64,000 bases of DNA from Oikopleura dioica. Its lineage: Eukaryota > Animalia > Chordata. Positions 26,682-40,800 of this stretch are shown piece after piece (positions within the stretch are counted from its first letter, which is position 1; every line of letters starts with the position of its first letter). The notes beneath the pieces are model-generated. The model saw only the letters and a program-made list of their open reading frames with translations. It searched no databases and was not told where the DNA came from. A program made the position numbers and the translations under genes. The stretch spans positions 14,829,208 through 14,893,207 of the forward strand of contig OU015568.1 in the NCBI GenBank assembly GCA_907165135.1, given 5' to 3'.

Positions 26682-29600
26682 TCAGAGCGGTTGAAGAAGA
26701 AACGCTTCCATAGGAATTTGGGGATAAAGAAGGAACTCTGTAGGATCGATCGTAGCGGCCATAAGATGAATAAGAAGACCCTTAAAACAGGTCTTAAGGG
26801 GGTGAATTAGATTTTTCGAAAAACCGTGATTTTCGGGAGGCACTTTAAATAAGGAAAACCTGTTTTTACTTATGATTACGCAATTTCCTTAACAATGTTG
26901 CTAGATAAAGGGTTAAAATATCTTAAAATGAGATTTAAAAAATTCGGCTAGTCACGTGACTGGAGAAATTTGAGGACGCGAATTTGCGAAAATTGCGATT
27001 TTCGAAGAGGTGGGTTGACGTTTCGCTCTCAAGCGCCAAAATGTGTTGACGAAAAAAATATTTAAGAAAAATGTTGTTAGATCTAAGTTTGTTCTATCCT
27101 CAGCCGAAGAGAGAATTTGAAAATCTAAGCTCTCCTGGCTTTGAGCGCCGGTCTAGAATCGGCTATTTTCGAAAAACCTAGTTCTACCGCCTTAAAGGTA
27201 AAAGGGGTTCAAAAGCCGGTCAGCCCTAACCCTAACCTAGGGGGCCCGGGACCCCCCCAGCGGGAACCCCTCTTTTTTGAAGATTTTTCGCTTTATTTCA
27301 TCGAAAGTCAAACCTGCTGTCGATGATGAAGATGATGAAGAATAAGAGTTGACAACTGTTTGAACTCGAGTTTTCCGCTCAATGGAATCAGACCTTCTGA
27401 AGTATGGAGATCTTTCTCGGCCAAGACCAGAAGAACTAATCGTATTCGACCGGGTGATCGAAGAAGCTGTCCCTGGTGAAATCTGTTGTCTTCCACTTCT
27501 TGGTCGATCAGCGGCGTAAATGGAAGAAGCAGAAAGAAGGGAGCTTTTTGATGTATCCGTTCGGAAAGAATAGCCTGAATCGATCGACATATCCGAGATA
27601 TCGCTTTCTCTTCTTCCGTCTTTTCTGAAAGATCTTCTTGTCGAACTTGCTCTCGGAATTGATGAAGTTTTCGCACTCTGGTTTTTCTCAATAACTTTTT
27701 CAAACCCAGCTGATCTTTCCGCAACGGTAACGATTTTCGACTCCTCCGCTGGTTTTGATTTCTTCGCCAATTTTTCTCGAAGACGGGAGAGAATATTTTG
27801 ATTTCCGGAATTTCCAACTTCTTTTGGCTTTTTCTGCGAGCCCAGATTTGTAATTGTTGAAAGAACTTGAGGCCTAGCAGCTTTTTCTCCATTCTTCAGA
27901 ATTTGAAGTTGATTATTGTAGGTTTCAAAGAGTTCGTTAGCCAGAGCGATTTCGCTTTTCTTGAGTGACTTGACCAGATGGTATTTTATTGGATATCGTT
28001 CTCGACAAAGACGGAAGTCTAGTTCTGCAATTTCGTTCTTTAAAAAAGGTCATCAATAAGCAAAAAAAACCACCATCAATTTTAGTAGTAGAAATTGACG
28101 CCTTTTGCCTTGAGCTTTTCTTTAATCGATTCTGTCAGATGAACATAAAAATGCTTCAACGCAATTTTCGTTTTTTGGTTGACACCCATTCTTTCTTTAA
28201 TTTGCAAAATCGTGGATTCTTTCGTTGTTCCCGGGAGAAGAAATGCTAAGGCTGCTTGATGAAGGTCTGTTGTTAACTCATCGCCAGTTTTTTGCAAGAA
28301 AAAGGAGTCGAGGTGGAGATCTTGGACGATTTCTTTTCGTTCCCTGATCGAGACATGCAGATCATCGTAAGAGCAATAAGCGCCAGAAGCTTTGATGCCT
28401 GTATCTTGAACCAGCCGAGGCGAAATATCCAGCCGTGCTGATTTATTTTCTCCTGCTGATAAAACAAAACCGTATTTCAGGAAAAGCTGACGATCCGAAA
28501 AGTCGCCATAAGACAACTTTAATTCTTCTCCTTTGGTGATATTTTTCTTGGCTTCAAGAGAAAGAAGATATTTTTCAGAGAAGTGGATCTTTTTGGTTTT
28601 ATCCCAGACATGTTTTCTTCGAATATTTAGGAAGACGTTCGGAGTGGAAGAGTGATTGATTAGGTCAAAGATCGGGAGGAAGCCGAATGACCTCAAGTCG
28701 GTAGGGTCGCTTCTTTCAAGCCACTTTGGCAAGCTTGCACTTTGAGATGAACTTTCAGGAAATTCAGGCAACTCGTAAAGACGACTTGACCAGACAGAGT
28801 AGGCCCACGCTTTTTGAATGAGGTGATAAAGAGACGGAAATAACTCTACCTAAATTATCATTGTTCCCCTCATTGACCTAATGTATCCCTTGAGAATTTG
28901 ACGTCATCAATGACAGAACAGTAATGCTCGAAGCGAGAGACGAGCGCGTCAAACTGAGCAGCTTCTTCTTTCATTGCTTTCTGAAGAGACTCGTCGCAAA
29001 CACATCTGAATTCAAGCTGTCACTGCGGTCACAACTGCACGGTGTGGAAATTGATTGAAAATTACAACGTGCAAAACTCTTAAAGACTTTTCTTGAGAAG
29101 ATCTTTGAGAAATGTTTGTATTGTCTCCTTACTTTCGAATGTCGATAGGCCAGTTGAATGGTAGATGATTGCTTTCCCGAGGAAAAGAGCCGATCCAACC
29201 AGCTACTCGTGATGCATTTTTCTGTGCTGCTTCAGCGATCAAGAAGTGGATAAATATGTCTTGATGGGGAATTGAAACTTTTTGAGGGAATCTGCTGACG
29301 GTGTAGGTATCGAAGAACTCATAGGTACTGCAACATTCGTCGAGAATGAATGGAAGATCGATGATGAGCCCAGTGGGAACTGAATTACTACAGTAAGGAG
29401 GCAACAGTTCTGATTCAATCGCCTGGTGAACTACTCTACTTTCGAAGGTTGAGTTGTTAACGAGCTCCAATTATTTATCGTGTCCTTGTTGATAAGTACA
29501 AATGACGATGCGTTTGGCAAAAGTTCAGCATTACAGTACCTTGCAAGAGTGGTTCGCCTTTTCGAACTGATTTTGGGGAATAAAGGCCTCTTCCAGTGAT

Positions 29601-29689
29601 GTGATTGACATCTTGGTTGAAAGTTATTTCTGATTTTAGACGATTTTTCTTTTTTGAGGATAAAATTCATCAATTGTTTCTTCTATCAT
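26682..29689 (-). CDS. SET-domain methyltransferase of the SETD3/SETD4/Rubisco-LSMT type with a long Ser/Arg-rich C-terminal tail
   Basis: ITGRGLYSPKSVRKGEPLLQ|VPTG, FLPIFDLINHS, ITKGEELKLSYGDFSDRQLFLKYGF. The tail is joined via an inferred GC-AG (or GG-AG) intron near 28100. Apparent -1 frameshift in T-runs at 29644-29655. Confidence 0.8.
26798..27191. mobile_element. TTAA-flanked MITE in the last intron of the SET gene
   Basis: TTAA|GGGGGTGAATTAGATTTTTCGAAAA ... TTTTCGAAAAACCTAGTTCTACCGCC|TTAA: imperfect TIRs with TTAA on both sides. Confidence 0.7.
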
Positions 29690-30686
29690 TCTCCGGTTTT
29701 AATAAAAAAATTGAGAGAAAAAGTCGATTTTACCCATTTTCCTTCGACCAAATTTTCAGTTCTTCCATTTCTTTATTTTTTTTTAGTAAATGACTCTTTA
29801 TTTATATTTTTGTTGCTCTAAATAATTCTGTAAAATTGGGAAAACATGCGGGAGTGGATACCACTTGAGGTCGCGTGGCCGTGAGAGCCTGTCCAACGTG
29901 ATAAGTTGATGGTGATAAGCGAATGATAATAACGTGTCACCTGGTTAAGGGTACTTCCGATTCTTTCTGAGTCAAAATTTGTTTTCGAATTATCATAATG
30001 AAATGTTCTGCTTAGATTGATCATTTTATTTTGTTGGAAATTTCAACTTGAAATCAAGGAAGAATAAAAACGACACTGAAAGAAACAATTTCTTTAATGA
30101 TTCGAAAAAATGAACTTTAAAGGATCATAATTATCGATGGTGATCTGGTGATCCAAACATTTTCGATCAACAAAGTCGTGTGATTATGGTCAGGGCAGGG
30201 GTGGATATTTTGATGTCAAATCACTTTTTCGACCACTCTTTATTTGAAATTTAAAGAGATAATCTCTATTTCACTTTCTACTATCATGAAGAGGGCTCGC
30301 CTTGGGAGCGTAATACGCTTCCACCCTCTTATCCGACTCAGTTATACTTTGCATATACAGTGATTTTCCGAAATACGTAATAAGAGGACTTTTCGTCAGC
30401 CCCTGTCATCCAAAAAAGCCTCTTATTTTGGAAGACCACTGTCCATACTTACCCTCTACTTTGGGTTCATTACTTCTGAATTATTAGTTACTAACAGGTT
30501 TCGGAATTTCCGGAAATTCAAAAAAGGAACTAAAGAAAGGATTAACTTCTCAATACACGTTGTCGGTAAAACTGACCACGGTGACTTATGCCCTCAATAA
30601 CTTCGAAGTTGGTAATCCGTTTGACCTAGTTTTTGCAAATTTCAACATGAACATTATGTTCAAGCGCATGACCCGCCCCGGGCGCA

Positions 30687-30874
30687 GGGTAGGCTTCACT
30701 TGGACAAGAACTTCATTTAGACAGAGCTTCACTTTGACTTCACTTTTTTACGAATTTGAAAAACGAGTATATATGAATAACCTTGTTAATAGTAAAAAAT
30801 TATGGCGAAATTAAATTAATTTCGTTTAATTTCGCTCAGTCTAAATAAAGCTTTTCTCCAAGTGAAGCCTACCC
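30687..30874. mobile_element. MITE-like element
   Basis: Perfect 18-bp TIR GGGTAGGCTTCACTTGGA / TCCAAGTGAAGCCTACCC with imperfect extension inward. No TSD seen. Confidence 0.65.
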
Positions 30875-30958
30875 GAGAAAGGGTCAAAGAAAGAAAGGGA
30901 TGAAACGCAAAGAGATCTTTTAGATACTAAAACATGCCTTTTTCAGTTGAAATTGAAA

Positions 30959-33408
<2,450 letters not shown>

Positions 33409-33989
33409 TATTAGTTTTTAATATTAAATATTTTATATAATTAATTTTATTAAAATATAATTATTTATTAATAAGATTTATTATTGGATAAGACAATTCT
33501 CTTTTGCCTATCAGTATATTTTTTTGCTTTGCAGTGTTACCATGACAAAATCCAAGATTCCAGTTGCCATACTTTCGATAACGAATTGTCTTCAGAAATT
33601 GTAAAATGCAAAGAATACTCTGAGGCTCAGAGTCTGAGCATACTTCACGTCAGTTATCCATGCTTAGAGAACTTACAAATCGAGAATTTCGAGACATTGA
33701 AGCTAAATTAAAACGCTTATCATCAAAGCGCTTTCCTTCTTTCTATCCCTGAGCATTTTCTTATTTTTATGAGTAATAATAGTATTTTATTATACTGTAC
33801 TTGCAAATGCATCAATCGTAATAAAAATCAATTGATTTTTATTAAATGACTCTAAATTATTCGACGCTAATCTATTCTAGCTATACTTTCTCTTCAAATT
33901 CCTGAATCAAATAAAATCTCACAAACAAAAGTACAATGCTTGATCTTGAAAGTCTTTGAAAAAATTAATTTTTATTTCAAGAAATTGAT

Positions 33990-34947
33990 TTAAAGGCCGG
34001 CCTGGTCCCGAGTCCACTGGTTGAACTCTGGGTACCAGAGGTTGGACCAACCCTGTGGGTAGCCGTTGGAGTTGCAGTAAACGTGTGCCCAGGAAGTGGC
34101 ACCGACGAGCTGGTATTCGCCGTTGACCTTGTAGACGAGGGGTCCGCCGGAGTCACCGGAGCAGATGGAGGCACCGCCGACATCAGCGCACTGGACGGAG
34201 TTGTCGATGGTCTGTCCCTGCCAGAAAGCCTTGCATCTAAGAAATTATGATGAGACAGAGAACAATCACAATAATGGGTTTGTTGAAGACCTTAATACTT
34301 ACCGCTGGACGGAGACGTATTCAGTATCAAGCCATCGGAGGTATCGGGAAGTCTGGCGGTCTGGGAGGACACCGTTGGACTGGTACTGGTAGTAACCGAA
34401 TCCAGAGGTCATGAGTGGCTAGAAAGGATAGCTTTTCGGCTTCAAGAGTCTTTGCTTACGGTTCGGTCAGGAAGTCGCTCAGCGGAGGGAGCAATGAGCT
34501 GGATTGGCTGAGCGAAGTCGTTGAAGGTGATTGGGCTGGAAAGTCGAATGACACCGAAATCGTTGATGATGAGGGAGCCGTTGTATCGGGGGTGAGCGAT
34601 GAACTGGGCGGTGGTGATTCGCTGACCGGATCGGTTGTCAACGTCACCGACCTGGACGGTGAAGTTGGTGTTCTGCTTGCAGTGAGCAGCAGTGTTGACG
34701 AAGGTGGAGCTCAAGATGGAGCCACCGCAGAAGTGACCAGAGGTCTGGAGGGACGCCTGCCATGGGATCTGGCCGTTGACAGCCAACTCGCAACCAATGC
34801 AGAAGGGAGAGGTGGTATCGACGGTCTTGATACCGGGGTGGGCGGCTGAAAAGTAAAATAATTATCTCAGACTTTTTTCGACTCAAAAGAGTCTTCTTCG
34901 TGTAACTTACCGGAGGCCAAAGCAACGACAGCAGATTTGAGCATCAT
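33990..34947 (-). CDS. Secreted S1A serine protease, chymotrypsin/elastase-like, 4 exons
   Basis: Signal peptide MMLKSAVVALAS; catalytic motifs TAAHC, NDFGV, GDSGGP. Ser rather than Asp at position 189 (GASICSGDSGG) and SWA at 214-216. Three GTAAG-AG introns. Confidence 0.93.
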
Positions 34948-35254
34948 CTTGAAATTAGATCTCAATGATGAGCTGCGTCAATTCAGAGCGCTGAATTTAT
35001 ATCCGCGCCAGATGGACCCTTCCCATAACACGGTCTACCGGCAATTTGCAATTTCTTGAGCCATTTTTTTACAGGCCACGTGGCGGAGCTCCCATGCGAA
35101 TACAATAGATTAACGTTAATTTATAATGAAAATACTGGTATTTTATTTCAACAGTGGAATATTTTTTCTCACACTGAAAGTTCCTCTGCTTTTGCGTAGA
35201 GCTTTACCAATGAACTAAAATTGAAAATAAGCATGATTTTTTTGTTATGACGAT

Positions 35255-37060
35255 TTACTTGTAATATTCGGCCTTTGAATTGATTGGCGACGCCAGTTTT
35301 TCCAGTTCTCCAATCTTTGCAGTTGCTTCTTCGTAGCTTTGCGGTGGATTTCGAGTTGAATGATAAGCTCTGTATGCAGCACCGACAGCAGCGGAGTGCT
35401 CTGTTTCGGGTTGATGGAAGATGTCCGCCTGAAAATTAGAACGGGATGCTGAGAAAAGCGATCTTACCTGGAAAATATCAGAGATAATTTGAACAAGTTC
35501 TCGATTTTTGCTCGCACCGCCAGTGACAATGAGTCTCTTAGTTGACTTGAATCCAAACTTCTCCACGTGACATCTTTTCGCTAGAATTTGTCCCGTAACG
35601 AAAGAGACGATATCTTCACGCATCGTTAATTCCCCGTCAAAGGTCTTCAAAACTCCAGCAGCATCAATCTCATACAGCCATTTTCCTTGCTTGTTTGACG
35701 GCGTTATTTCCGGCAGAGGGAAATTGAGTTGAATAATTTTTCGATCTTGAGAATTTTCTTCCAATAATATTTTTCCGAATTCTTCCCAAGAAAGATTGTA
35801 CTTGTTCTTGATTTCTTCTCGAGCTAGTGATCCATTTTTGTAACAAAGAAGACCCATGAATTTCTTCTTCTCAAGGGGGTTGATAAAGATATGCCCTAAA
35901 CAGAGTTTCATAGTTAATTCCATTAGTTGTTCACAGACCTTCTGGCTGGGGGACAGCAGAATCAAGTGAGAGCATAACTGTATCAGAAGTCCCAAGAGAA
36001 AGACACAAATCGCCAGGAGTGAGTCTCAGTCCTGCCAAGCTCGAAGGATTGTCTCCAGTTGCAGCGACGATTTGGCAGTTTTCCGGAATTCCATATCTTT
36101 TCGTCCAGTAAGAATGAATCTTTCCACAGATAGTATCCGACGGAACTGGTCTTGCAAGTTTTTCGCAAACGCTGTCAAAGGACATTGAAATAGCATTTAC
36201 GCCGCACCAGTAGCTTTTTGCATCGGTTTTGTTGATATTTCCGCTGTTTATTCGCAAGAAATTCATTCCAGAGCCATCAGAAAAATCGATCTGAAAGCAG
36301 ATTCTCTCATAAAACCATGAATAAAAGCACTTACAGGTGCATAATCGCCAAGAAAAAGGGAGACTGCGAAGGATGAGATGAGCGAGATTCTTTCCGTATT
36401 TTTGTAATCGTCTGGATTTTCTTCCGCAAACTTGCTGATCTGGTGAATCGTGAATCTTTCATACGCACTGGAGCCGGTGGCAGCGGCAAGCTGCATCTTT
36501 CCGCCGTACGCTGACTCCATTTTCTTGCAATATTCGCTGGTTGAAGAATCCATCCAGATTGGAGACAGGGGTTTTTGAAGGAGCCTTGGAGATTTTCCTT
36601 CAAAGTTTTGTCTGATGAAAGATTTCTCAAAGAATGAGCATTTCGCCAGTAAACGGATCCATGTTGTTGACCGGATGCAGAGATTGCTACAACGCGGGAT
36701 AGCAAATTTTTGTCAAGCTTAGAGAAAAGAACATCGAAGGCTTCAACGAACATCATTGTTGGAGCTCCTACTTCTTTGCCTTTCTTTGGTTCAATACTAT
36801 ACTTTATGTGATGAAGAAAGAATCTGTCGCGGTAACCGATCTTTTTGAATATATCCATCAGTTGATCCATAATTTAAGTCATCAAATCGCACAGTCTGGC
36901 AATCCTGAACTTTTAGCGAGCAGTCCACAAATATTGCTGTCCGTTAATTAAAGAAGACAAGCGATCATTATGAAAATAATAAATTATATCAAAATTTTTT
37001 AATTTTTCCTTTCAGCTGCTGCGTTGACAAATCAAGCCCCAAGTAAAGCTCTTCGCTCAT
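35255..37060 (-). CDS. XYLB: Xylulose kinase (FGGY family)
   Basis: LYLGLDLSTQQLK, ISASGQQHGSVYW, PIWMDSST, TGSSAYERFT, TGDNPSSLAG, SLGTSDT, IVTGGASKN, HSAAVGAAYRAYH. First intron is GA-AG; apparent -1 frameshift at 36568-36571. Confidence 0.93.
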
Positions 37061-37274
37061 TTTCTCCAGATTTTAATGATCTTTTTTCTCTCTGTTACGC
37101 CCAAAAGCTAATGTTTACTTTTTTGTTGCTGATCTGACTGGGAGAAATTCGGAGACTGATTTTAAGACAAGGCGTGGGCTTTTATCTTGCAAAACATGGA
37201 AATTTTCTTGCTCAAGAACATCTAGAATTACTTTCGATAAGAGACAAGGGGCTTTGATCTTGTTGTATTGAAAA

Positions 37275-37641
37275 TTATCGTTTTAGGAAGAAAAAGATGA
37301 GGATAAGAAAAAGGGCAGAAAAACCGCTGGTTTCCGCGGCACTCGTAGTCGTGGTTTTCGGACGTTTTGTAGTAGGCATTGGCTTTGATGGAAATCCACA
37401 GAGAGACCAGTCGCATCCCTGCTTCTCACCGACTCCAATCATCAAATCGCGAAGGAATTTCTTGTGCTCGTCGTCGATGAATCCACATTGCGCTAGAAAG
37501 AATGTTAAACAGGGTTTCGAATAGGGCACAAGTACGTATGTATCTCGCAGTCTCTCTGTAAATATAGTCGCATTCAAGTTCTTCATCCTGCAAAAGGTAA
37601 AAGAGATTGTCGATCAGTAAGGTTCCCATTTTCGCTTTCAA
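37275..37641 (-). CDS. Small Cys-containing protein ending in a Thr-rich stalk and hydrophobic tail (GPI/TM-anchored, tentative)
   Basis: ...GCDWSLCGFPSKPMPTTKRPKTTTTSAAETSGFSALFLILIFFFLKR*. Upstream exon structure unresolved. Confidence 0.35.
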
Positions 37642-37855
37642 AAAGAGCTAGCTTTCTTGGGTTGTATTTCGGCACGAGTCGCTTGGCATTTGAAAATAAT
37701 CCTTTTGACTTCAAGTCACAATGCGAGCCATACCAGTGCGATGAAGATATTCCGTTGTAAAAATACTTTACAAGATTTACGAAGGTGCAAAGATAACAAA
37801 TAAAAATGATTAATACTACTAGTAAACAGAATTTATTGGTGACAAATAAACTTTT

Positions 37856-40800
37856 TCAGGTTGATGGAATTCTGCAAGAAAATGCCCTTTTGTAATAAGA
37901 CCAGCATGGCAAATCATTCATAAACGATGAGCCAGTTGAATCGTCCCAATAGACCTCTGTACAATCTTCTCCGCCACTTGGTGATCCAGAACCCCAATTA
38001 AGAAAGAAATCTGAAGAGCCATCAGGTGCGACCCATTCCGAGCCACTCAACGTATAACCTAAGAATTCTTTCTGCTCCCCACTGTCTGTTGTTCGTCGAT
38101 TTTTTCGAAGCAAATGATGATAATTAAATTCTGCTTCGTTCTTCCAGAACATGACGTGTCCTCCACGATTTCCGCATTCCGTGACTGCTTCAGCCTTCGT
38201 ATACTCGCCATCAAAAAACTGAATATCAGGATAATCTACTTTCTTCAGACGCGATGAGCAGGAAACTAGAAATGCTGTCACAATGTCGATGCGTGTAGAA
38301 AATCGTTTGAATTTGAACTCGGACGAAGATGTAATTGTTCCTCCCAATTTCTTTCCGACTTCAGATAAAGCTCCATTGGTAAGAACCTCAACTTAGCTAA
38401 GTTCAACATAATCAAGTAGTTATGCTAGGGTTAGGGTTAGGGTTAGGGTTAAGGGACCACCCGCACCGAGCTCGCGCGGCTTTTCAAAAGCGCAGAACTT
38501 TTTCTTATCTTCCCCAAATTTTATGAACTCCTCATCTCTAGTGTAGTTTTTTATCATCATTCATATCCAGTTCGAATTTTTTTTCATAGCATTATTTTGG
38601 ATTCAGGAGAGAAAAAGTGATGCTCAACTTCAAAGGCATCAGCTCCTAGAATACTTGTCACTCGAAGTTATAAATACCCTCATTAAAAAGCGCATTCAAT
38701 TTTGACCAGGACCAAGCTGTGTGGTCTTCGAATTTTATTTGCATTAGATTGTAATCAGGGGATTTATCAAGGAACACCATTCGTGCGGCGGAGAATTTGC
38801 CCTATTTGGGCTGAAAAGGCGCGATTCACGCTGCGCAACAGCGTTTTCACACCGAGTCATTGCACTAATCCCCCGATTCTGACCGGATATTCGCAAAATT
38901 CGAAGACCACGCGAGCTAAGCCCTGGTCAAAATTGAATGCGCTTTTTAATGAGGGTATTTATAACTTCGAGTGACAAGTATTCTAGGAGCTGATGCCTTT
39001 TGAAGTTGAGCATCACTTTCTCTCTCTTCAGAATCCAAAAATTATGCTATGAAAAAAACTCGAACAGGATATGAATGAGGAGAAAAAACTACACTAGAGA
39101 TGAGAAATTCATAAAATTTGGGGAAAATAAGAAAAAGTGCTGCGCTATTGAAAAGCCGCGCGAGCTCGGTGCGGGTGGTCCCTTAAGCCTGCATTATAAT
39201 CCTCATTATTTTGAACTTAAAAATGTACGGCCATCCGATGTGACATTGCAATCAACAAGTTCTTGGTTAAAAAGAAGATCATCGGTAAATTCTGCAATTG
39301 AGACGATCACATCACTGTTAAGCGTTTCCCCACCTTTAGATTTGATTTATTTCATCAAAATACCATTATATATATATAAATACCATTGACTTCTATTTGC
39401 ATCTCCCGTGTCTCTTGAGGCATTTGGCCACTGGCTTTCTCATTGAGAAGTAAACGGGCTATAAGAATATTTGAAAAAATAAGGGGGCCCCCTTAAGGGT
39501 ACTACCTTCGATTTCCCCAATTTTACCATTGAATAACTCAAAACATATCAATAATGATGGAGAACACATAGGCTCTTAAAGTACCTCTATCTTAGATCTT
39601 CAATCTGTCAGAAGCGTTTTCGGTTTGCTCAATAAAAACTCGGTTATTTTCTAGCTCAAAGTAATCAACTATTCAAAAATGGCCTAAATAAACGGTCGAA
39701 TAGCTCAAAATTCGCCTGAAAACTGAGTAATATTATGATTTAAATATTTAATTTGAACCTTTATCTTAAAAATGACAGAAGGTTTTTGTGATTGATAAAT
39801 TACTTATACCAAAACAATTTTTTTGAAAATTGTGTCTCTACGATTTTGCTAAAATTAAGCATTTTTCAAAACTTGGCGACGCATTCTTGTCTCTAGAAGC
39901 TAAAATATCTAACTGTAAGAATTAATAAAGTCACCATGAAAGTCACCTTGCTCTGAGCTTCAAAACAAGCACTTATTTGAAAGAATCAGACAGGAAAAAT
40001 CTTTTCGGAAAAAATACCTTTTAGTACTGAAATCGATTAAAAATCGTATTTTTATGAAAACGGTAAACGTCATGAATGAAATTTTCGGACCTTTTTAGAT
40101 CAAAATTTTATGAAGAATCCATTTTCGATGAAAAATTAAACATTCACAGTCATTGGGGAAATCGAAGGTAGTACCCTTAAATTGAACCAACCATCTTTTG
40201 AGATGTCCAATGAGATGTTCGGCTCACAAAAGATCTCTCCATAGTTGCCGATTGTTAGATTTGTTCCCTTGATATTAACACTGTTAAGAATATTCGCTGT
40301 ATAATTCGCTAAAGATTTAATTAATAAACATTGAAATTCTGAAAAAGTTATAACCTTTCGAAGAACTTTCTTGAAAGCATTTATTGTAATCGACGAGATT
40401 AGAGTTTGCTACTCGACACTCTGTAGTGGTTTTCCTACTGTTTTCGCTCCGAAATATGGAATTCTAGCGCGCGTGGTCAACGTAATTATGCTCAGTGAGC
40501 CGTGACGCGCTCAACGCCAAGGCTTTCACTCCATCATACCTTGACAGCTCGCCCCTCTCTTTTCCAGCGTTGGCGATATGGCCAACGCCGAGTTCATACG
40601 ACCAAGTCTAAGTCCGTGCCACCGATGGGTGGTGTCCTACACTATAAAAACGACTGTACCCCTATAATTTTATCATTCTTTTCCCTGACTTCACAGGTAT
40701 AACATAAAATATAATATATATATTTTATTATTTTCTGCTCACACCTATCAGGGTTAATAAACACATTCGAGATTGATTCCCGTGTTCCAATTACTTTCAG

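Noticed and set aside
38426-38450. Chromosome end or fusion scar
   Set aside because: Only about 4 repeats, one orientation, inside an intron of a continuous gene.
40502-40702. 66-aa ORF present in both LTRs (also 47761-47961)
   Set aside because: GTG start and no coding features; it is duplicated only because it lies in the LTR.
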